A stretch of DNA of 64,000 bases, taken from NCBI GenBank assembly GCA_963666985.2, contig CAXXIA010000002.1:1216001-1280000 (forward strand), in the 5' to 3' direction. A model generated the notes under the pieces. The model was not told the origin of the DNA. It saw nothing but the letters and a program-made list of their open reading frames with translations, and did not search any database. The position numbers and the translations under genes are program-made. Source of the stretch: Spirochaetia bacterium. GTDB taxonomy: Bacteria; Spirochaetota; Spirochaetia; DSM-2461. This document shows positions 58,213-64,000 of the stretch, one piece after another (the stretch's first letter is position 1; every line of letters starts with the position of its first letter).

Positions 58213-59157
58213 ATGATCCGCGCGGAAAATCTCTCAAAGAGTTTCGGCCGCATCAACGCGGTCAAAGACATCGATTTCCACATTAAAAAAGGTGAAATCA
58301 TCGGTTTCCTGGGTCCCAACGGAGCGGGGAAATCCACAACGATGAATATGATTACCGGCTACTTGGCACCCAGTACCGGAAAAATCTTCATCGACGGCAT
58401 CAATTTGCTGGAAGCACCGGAAGAGGCAAAAAAACTCATCGGGTACCTTCCCGAACAGCCGCCGCTTTATCTTGATCTCACCGTCGATGAGTATCTGAAT
58501 TTCGTCGCCGAATTCAAGAAAACCCCGAAAAGCGGCCGAAAGGGTGAACTCGACGATATTTGCGATCTGGTAAAAATCGGCGATGTCCGCTCAAGACTCA
58601 TCAAGAACCTTTCCAAAGGTTACAAGCAGCGCGTCGGGCTGGCGCAGGCCCTTGTCGGCGGAGCTCCGCTTCTGATCCTGGACGAACCCACCGTGGGATT
58701 GGATCCCAAGCAGATTATTGAAATCCGCGAACTGATCAAAGATCTCGGAAAAGAACGCACGGTCGTCCTCTCTTCCCATATTCTTCCGGAAATCAGCGCC
58801 ACCTGCGGACGAATCCTTATAATCGACAAAGGCTCCATCGTCGCTTCGGATACACCGGAGAACCTCTCACGAAGGCTTTCGGGAGCCACCCGGCTCAATC
58901 TGCTGGTGAAAGGATCTCCGGTCGATGTTCAATCGGCTCTGGAATCCCTGACCGATCTTAAATCTCTCAACGTGAACAAAGCTTCCGAAGACGAAACATC
59001 CGAGGTTGTCCTTGAGGCCGAAGAAGGAAAAGACATCAGGGAAGCCGTTTTCCGCGCTCTGGCCGCCGCGGACCGGCCCATTCTCCAGATGAGACCGGTG
59101 GATCTGAGCCTTGAGGATATCTTCCTCAACCTGACCACTCATGAGGAGGCTCTCTGA
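58213..59157 (+). CDS. ABC transporter ATP-binding protein (GldA-like)
   Basis: Motifs GPNGAGKST, LSKGYKQRVG, LDEPTVGLDP and SSHIL. Confidence 0.93.
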   Translation: MIRAENLSKSFGRINAVKDIDFHIKKGEIIGFLGPNGAGKSTTMNMITGYLAPSTGKIFIDGINLLEAPEEAKKLIGYLPEQPPLYLDLTVDEYLNFVAEFKKTPKSGRKGELDDICDLVKIGDVRSRLIKNLSKGYKQRVGLAQALVGGAPLLILDEPTVGLDPKQIIEIRELIKDLGKERTVVLSSHILPEISATCGRILIIDKGSIVASDTPENLSRRLSGATRLNLLVKGSPVDVQSALESLTDLKSLNVNKASEDETSEVVLEAEEGKDIREAVFRALAAADRPILQMRPVDLSLEDIFLNLTTHEEAL

Positions 59158-60020
59158 TGCTTGCAATCTTCAAAAAAGAAATGAAAACTTATTTCCTCAC
59201 ACCCACCGGATGGATTTTCCTGGCGGTGTTCCTGCTGGTTTCCGGGATTCTCTATTCCATTCAGCTGGTTTTTCCGCAGAGCTCGGAATACTCGTCGTTT
59301 CTGGCGAGTCTGCTGTTCCTGTTCCTTCTGGTGGTACCTCTGCTCACCATGAGGATTTTCACCGATGAAAAGCGGTTTTACACCGACCAGCTCCTGCTCA
59401 CCGGACCGGCGAGTCTTTGGGGCATCGTTTTGGGCAAGTTTCTGGCGGCATTCGCGGTGTTCCTTATCACCGTACTCGTCACGCTCCTCTATCCGGTTCT
59501 GCTGAGCTTCCACGGCCGGCTGGACTGGGCCATGATTATCGGAACCTATCTGGGCTTCATCCTGATAGGAGCGGCCTTCATCGCCATCGGCGTATTCGTT
59601 TCCCAAGCCTCCGAAGGCGTTGTCGGCGCGGCGATTCTGACCTTCTGTGTTTTGATGATTACCTTCATCATCGATTTTCTGCAGCCCTACATGCCCTCCA
59701 CGGAGCTCGCGGGTCTTCTCTGGACGGCGATCCTGCTGGCGCTCGCCCTCTTTTGGCTTTACAGCGCGGGCAGGAACTGGACGGTGACCGCCCTGGTGGC
59801 AGTCGTCGTGGCCGCCGCTCTTCTTCTCCTGTGGTTCCTGGGTAAAGATCTCTTTGCCGGACTCATAGGAAAAAGTCTCGCATGGCTCTCCCTGACGCGC
59901 CGATTCGGTTCATTCGCCATGGGACTTCTGCGGCTGGACTCAGTTCTGTATTACCTCAGTTTCGCCGGTTTCTTCCTGTTCCTCACGGTACAGGGTTTGG
60001 AACGGCGGCGTTGGAGCTAG
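59157..60020 (+). CDS. ABC-2 permease (GldF-like)
   Basis: Motifs AIFKKEMKTYF, PLLTMR..DEKR..TDQLLLT and IVLGKFLA. Confidence 0.88.
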   Translation: MLAIFKKEMKTYFLTPTGWIFLAVFLLVSGILYSIQLVFPQSSEYSSFLASLLFLFLLVVPLLTMRIFTDEKRFYTDQLLLTGPASLWGIVLGKFLAAFAVFLITVLVTLLYPVLLSFHGRLDWAMIIGTYLGFILIGAAFIAIGVFVSQASEGVVGAAILTFCVLMITFIIDFLQPYMPSTELAGLLWTAILLALALFWLYSAGRNWTVTALVAVVVAAALLLLWFLGKDLFAGLIGKSLAWLSLTRRFGSFAMGLLRLDSVLYYLSFAGFFLFLTVQGLERRRWS

Positions 60021-60030
60021 GGGCGAAACC

Positions 60031-61494
60031 ATGAATAACAACAAGAAAAAACTATCCGTCGAATTCGATTTCAAAACCAGGCACGCCGGGATTTCGGCTC
60101 TCATCATCATTGCGGTTTTATCCATTCTTCTCATCGTGAATATACTGATGGGAGAACTTTCACTCCAGGCGGATCTGACGCCGAAAAAACTCTACAGCCT
60201 AACCGACGCATCCAAGACTTTATTGGATAATCTTGAAGCGGATATCGAAATCATCGCTTTGTATGAACCCGGGAAAGAACCCGAGGAAATCATGTCGTCG
60301 GTAAAAGAATACGAACGGTATTCGGATCACATCTCGGTAAGCGTGGTTGATTCCGACAGGAAACCGGCGCTGGTCGCCCGGTTCTCGAAAGACGACGAAC
60401 CTGTTTCCAAGGGATCGCTTATCGTCTCCTCGGCATCCCGATTTCGCGTGATTCCCGCCATGGATCTCTACGAAGTCAGCTACAGCCAGCAGGGCCAGCC
60501 GCAGATTATGGGCATGAAGGTGGAACAGCAAGTCACCTCGGCCATCGCGTATGTGACTTCGGGCCGAACGCCGAAAATTTATGAAATCACCGGTCATAAC
60601 GAAACCACCCTCGCATCCCTCGGCTACGGTTCGATGCTGACCCAGGCGAACTACTCGCTCGAAGATATATCCCTTGTACGGGAAGGGATTCCGGCCGAAG
60701 CCGACATTGTAACCCTTATCGGTCCCCGGCTGGATTTCTCCGAAGTCGAAGCCGACATTCTCGGCCGGTACCTGGAAGACGGCGGAAAACTGTTTGTCGC
60801 CCTCGACCCGACCATGGAGGATGTTCATCCGAATCTCTACGCGCTTCTGGCGAAATGGGATTTGGAAGTGATTAACGGACTGGTGATTGAAACCCAAAAG
60901 AACAGGCTGATTTCCCAATTCGGAGACAATCCGTTCATCTTCGCTCCCTACATGGAAGATCATGTGGCTCTGCAGCCTCTTAAGGAAGAGAAATCGGATC
61001 CGGTCTTTCAGGCCGCTCTGGGCTTCCGCCGAACGCAGGCCCAGCAGCGGCAGATTGAATATTTCCCCATTCTCTCTTCATCGAAGGATTCCTGGATTCG
61101 AACGGATCTGCAATCGGATAAGTCGGGAGAATTCGAGCCTATTCCCGGAGACGAGGCGGGACCGATCAACGTTGCCGCGGCCGTCCGCCGGCGAAGCCTT
61201 GATACTTATCAGCCCGAAGGCGCCTGCATCGTGGCCTTAGGTACCGCCGCTTCTTTAAAAGGTTTGGGATTTCTCGGACAGCTCCGATCCAACGCCGATT
61301 TGGTTCTGAACTTGGTGAATTGGGCCGTCGACGATCCGGCGACCGTTAATGTGGCCTCCAAAAGCCTCTTTCGGCTTCCTCTTCGCATGAGTTCGCTGAC
61401 CGGTATTATCTATGCCGGTATAGCCATTATTCTTATTCCTTTTGTCTGCATCGGAGGAGCACTCTTCGTTCACTTCAAAAGGAGACATAAGTGA
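60031..61494 (+). CDS. GldG-family ABC auxiliary protein
   Basis: Motifs DLTPKKLYSLT, EQQVTSAI, GHNE, GPRLDF and YLEDGGK; N- and C-terminal TM. Confidence 0.88.
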   Translation: MNNNKKKLSVEFDFKTRHAGISALIIIAVLSILLIVNILMGELSLQADLTPKKLYSLTDASKTLLDNLEADIEIIALYEPGKEPEEIMSSVKEYERYSDHISVSVVDSDRKPALVARFSKDDEPVSKGSLIVSSASRFRVIPAMDLYEVSYSQQGQPQIMGMKVEQQVTSAIAYVTSGRTPKIYEITGHNETTLASLGYGSMLTQANYSLEDISLVREGIPAEADIVTLIGPRLDFSEVEADILGRYLEDGGKLFVALDPTMEDVHPNLYALLAKWDLEVINGLVIETQKNRLISQFGDNPFIFAPYMEDHVALQPLKEEKSDPVFQAALGFRRTQAQQRQIEYFPILSSSKDSWIRTDLQSDKSGEFEPIPGDEAGPINVAAAVRRRSLDTYQPEGACIVALGTAASLKGLGFLGQLRSNADLVLNLVNWAVDDPATVNVASKSLFRLPLRMSSLTGIIYAGIAIILIPFVCIGGALFVHFKRRHK

Positions 61495-62972
61495 CGAAGA
61501 AGACAAAAAACCTCATTATCGCCGCGGTGGCCCTGGTTCTGGCGATCGGAGCTTACTTCATCACTCAAAAGGCTGAGGATAAGAAGGAGGACTTTGAAAC
61601 CTCACCGGCGGCACCGATGGTCGACATTACCGGGCTCGATGCGTCGGCCTTACGGTCCGTGCGTATCGAGAATTCTTCCGGAGGCGTTCATATCTACAGT
61701 CCCGACGGAAACCATTGGCTCGTAGCGGACGTCCCGGAATACTACCGGTCCGACTCCGATTCTCTCAAAGCAGTCGCCGAGAAATTCGCTCACCTTCGTT
61801 CCAGGGACATCATCGCCGAACATGCCGGAGGCGGCGATTTGGCGGATTTCGGTCTGGATGTTCCGAAAGCCCTTGTCGTTCTCAGAGAAAAAGACGGTAC
61901 GGAAACGATTGTGGAATTCGGGAAAATGAGTCCCAGCGGGGCCGGACGCTATGTCCGCCCGGCGGGAGCCGACCGCGTTTTCCTTCTTCCCTCTTATCAG
62001 GCCAAAGACGCCTTCTCAACCCCCGATACGTTCCGCGACAGAACCCTGCCCGCCGTTTCACCGGACAAACTTACCGGATTTTCCTATCGCAGCGGCGGAA
62101 TCCTTTTCGCCTTGGCCCCCCGGGAGGGGGATCATCCCTATATTAAAACGGCCGGACGCTTCGATGTCGTTTCACCGTATCGGGGCCGTTATCCGGCCGG
62201 CGATTACAACATCAATAAAGCCCTGACGCAAGATACGCCTCTGCCGTCGCGCATCGGCGAGTTTATCGACAGCGGCGATCCGAACGATCCTTCCTTCGGC
62301 CTCAATGAAAAGAGCGCGGACAGAATCGATGCGGAGGATTCCGACGGAAACGCCCTTCACCTTCTCATAGGCGCCCCGACGGGAACGGGAAGCCGCTACG
62401 CGCGGCTGACGGACAGGGAAGGTCCCGTATTTACCGTTGAGAATGCGGATTTGACGTTCCTGAACATAACTCCGTTCCAGCTCACCGAAAAGTTCCTGTT
62501 CCTCGGAGCCATCGACAAGGTGGCCGAAGTCACCGTGAACAGCGGCGGCGAATCCTGGCTGATGGCGCGGGAAGACCGCGGCGATCCGGAAAGCGTAAAG
62601 GATGATTTTTTCACCGTGAACGGCCGCGAGGTTCCGCAGAAACGTTATTCCGAGGTTTATCAGAATTTCATCGGACTGATGTGGGAAGGCGTTGCCGATA
62701 AAAAAACGCCGGCCGGAAATCCGGAAATCAGCATTACCGTTACCAATACCGACTCTTCCGTTACTCCCATGATGATAAACTTCTGGCCTTATGACGAAGT
62801 GTATTATCTCGCGGCCGCGGGCGACGCGCCTCGGGAATTTCTTTTGGGCCGCTACCAGGTTGCAAGAATGCTCGAAAGCCTGAAGAAATTGGCGGAAGAA
62901 GACTTTGCCGCGCCCGAGCCGAAGAAGGAGACTTCACAGAAAAGCTGGTGGCAAAGGCTATTGAACAGGTAG
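61491..62972 (+). CDS. DUF4340 domain-containing protein
   Basis: N-terminal TM and repeated LADFGLDVP...FG...YVR...VF units; usual position after gldG. Confidence 0.8.
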   Translation: MTKKTKNLIIAAVALVLAIGAYFITQKAEDKKEDFETSPAAPMVDITGLDASALRSVRIENSSGGVHIYSPDGNHWLVADVPEYYRSDSDSLKAVAEKFAHLRSRDIIAEHAGGGDLADFGLDVPKALVVLREKDGTETIVEFGKMSPSGAGRYVRPAGADRVFLLPSYQAKDAFSTPDTFRDRTLPAVSPDKLTGFSYRSGGILFALAPREGDHPYIKTAGRFDVVSPYRGRYPAGDYNINKALTQDTPLPSRIGEFIDSGDPNDPSFGLNEKSADRIDAEDSDGNALHLLIGAPTGTGSRYARLTDREGPVFTVENADLTFLNITPFQLTEKFLFLGAIDKVAEVTVNSGGESWLMAREDRGDPESVKDDFFTVNGREVPQKRYSEVYQNFIGLMWEGVADKKTPAGNPEISITVTNTDSSVTPMMINFWPYDEVYYLAAAGDAPREFLLGRYQVARMLESLKKLAEEDFAAPEPKKETSQKSWWQRLLNR

Positions 62973-64000
62973 CGTCCGCCGGTCGAACCGGGCGACGGAC
63001 AGGGGACGGCCGTCGGCGGCGTAGGTCCAGCGGGCCAGGGCCGCGCCGCCGGCATCGTCTACCGGTCTTTCGTCGATGCCGTAGTGCCGTCTTTCGAGAA
63101 TCCGGCCGTAACCGTCATAGTTCCAGGCATAAACGGCCACGCCTTCGGGATCGGCTCGAAGCTGGCCGTACAGGCCGTACTGACGCTGTTCGCTTTTTCG
63201 ATTTTCAGCATCGTAGGTCCACCGATATTCGGCGATTCCCTGGGCATCCTCGGAAAAATCGCCGGAAGCGCTGAAATGACGTTCCATCACCCGATTCCCC
63301 AGTTCATCATATCCCCACCGATAAACGGCAACTCCGGAAGTGTCCTCGACGGGATTTTCCCAATCACCGTATCCGGCGGCCTCCACGAGATTGCGTAAAT
63401 CATCATATGAATATCGGTAACGGGCGATTCCCCAAAGATCCTTCTTGGGCAAATCGTCGATTCCGAAAGACGTGGAGGCGACGATCAGCCCCCGCCGATC
63501 ATATTCCCACCTGTAGGAAGCCATTCCGGCATCGTCCTCGGTAAGCTCCCCGTTCTCATCAAGATTCAGCTGCTCCAGTTCATTCCCTTGAGGATGATGA
63601 ATCCAGCGGTAGGAAAAAACACCCGCAAGGTCCATAACGGGCATCCCGTCGGAGTCGAAATGCGACTGTTTCACAAGATTTCCGGATTCATCGTATTCAC
63701 GGCGGTAAATCGCCGCTCCGCCGGCATCGGCCGTTAAGGTTCCGTTAAGGCCGAATCGCCGCTCTTCAACGCAAAGCCCCCGAGATGAATAATCCCGTTC
63801 AACGGCCGCCGAACCGTCCGCCGCGAGCACGGGCCGACCTTCGGGATCAATACGCTCTTCCCGAATAAGATTGCCGCTCCCGTCATAGGATTTCAGATAT
63901 CCGTGAACCCCCTCACCTTCCGCGATGCAGGGGCCGCCGTCGATATCGTAATAATTCACTGCGGTCGGCCGGTTGTCCGCGTCCCATTCATACCGAACCT
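62958..64000 (-). CDS. YD/RHS-like 32-aa repeat protein (5' end outside the window)
   Basis: At least 10 tandem 32-aa units of the form GxAxYRxxYDxxGNxxxxxxFxxxGxPxxDxx. The frame stays open to the window edge (VRYEWDADNRPTAV). Confidence 0.85.
   Translation of the reverse strand, partial: VRYEWDADNRPTAVNYYDIDGGPCIAEGEGVHGYLKSYDGSGNLIREERIDPEGRPVLAADGSAAVERDYSSRGLCVEERRFGLNGTLTADAGGAAIYRREYDESGNLVKQSHFDSDGMPVMDLAGVFSYRWIHHPQGNELEQLNLDENGELTEDDAGMASYRWEYDRRGLIVASTSFGIDDLPKKDLWGIARYRYSYDDLRNLVEAAGYGDWENPVEDTSGVAVYRWGYDELGNRVMERHFSASGDFSEDAQGIAEYRWTYDAENRKSEQRQYGLYGQLRADPEGVAVYAWNYDGYGRILERRHYGIDERPVDDAGGAALARWTYAADGRPLSVARFDRRTLPVQ

Noticed and set aside
58213..62972. Gliding motility inferred from gldA/F/G-like genes
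   Set aside because: This ABC-GldG-DUF4340 cluster is widespread in non-gliding bacteria, and no T9SS or gld motor genes are present in the window.

Overview
A gene-dense bacterial chromosomal segment, most likely from an anaerobic Spirochaetales organism. This taxonomy is inferred from a spirochaete-type FliL-like domain, an AroF-PheA fusion and the lipoprotein signal peptides. About 50 CDSs are supported. No tRNA, rRNA, CRISPR array, transposase or phage gene was seen. Housekeeping genes (aroE, mtnP/mtnA, leuS, ung, nth, carD, aroF-pheA) are interspersed with four accessory elements: an exported WD40-caspase-ankyrin protein, a cytoplasmic [FeFe]-hydrogenase-MCP fusion, a duplicated orphan solute-binding-protein pair facing an AT-rich kinase/EAL module, and a ~13.5 kb catabolic island after leuS. 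One of the two binding-protein genes carries a ~315 bp MITE-like insert in its signal-peptide region. The island holds two Mo/W-bisPGD enzymes (one resembling catechol dehydroxylases), MobA, a TRAP transporter and an amidohydrolase-type decarboxylase. The most striking non-coding pattern is that about a dozen genes have a TAnnnT -10 box only 6-8 nt upstream of the ATG and no Shine-Dalgarno, suggesting widespread leaderless mRNAs, whereas several island and operon-internal genes have classical SD sites. All functional calls come from motif recognition by eye; no database searches were run.
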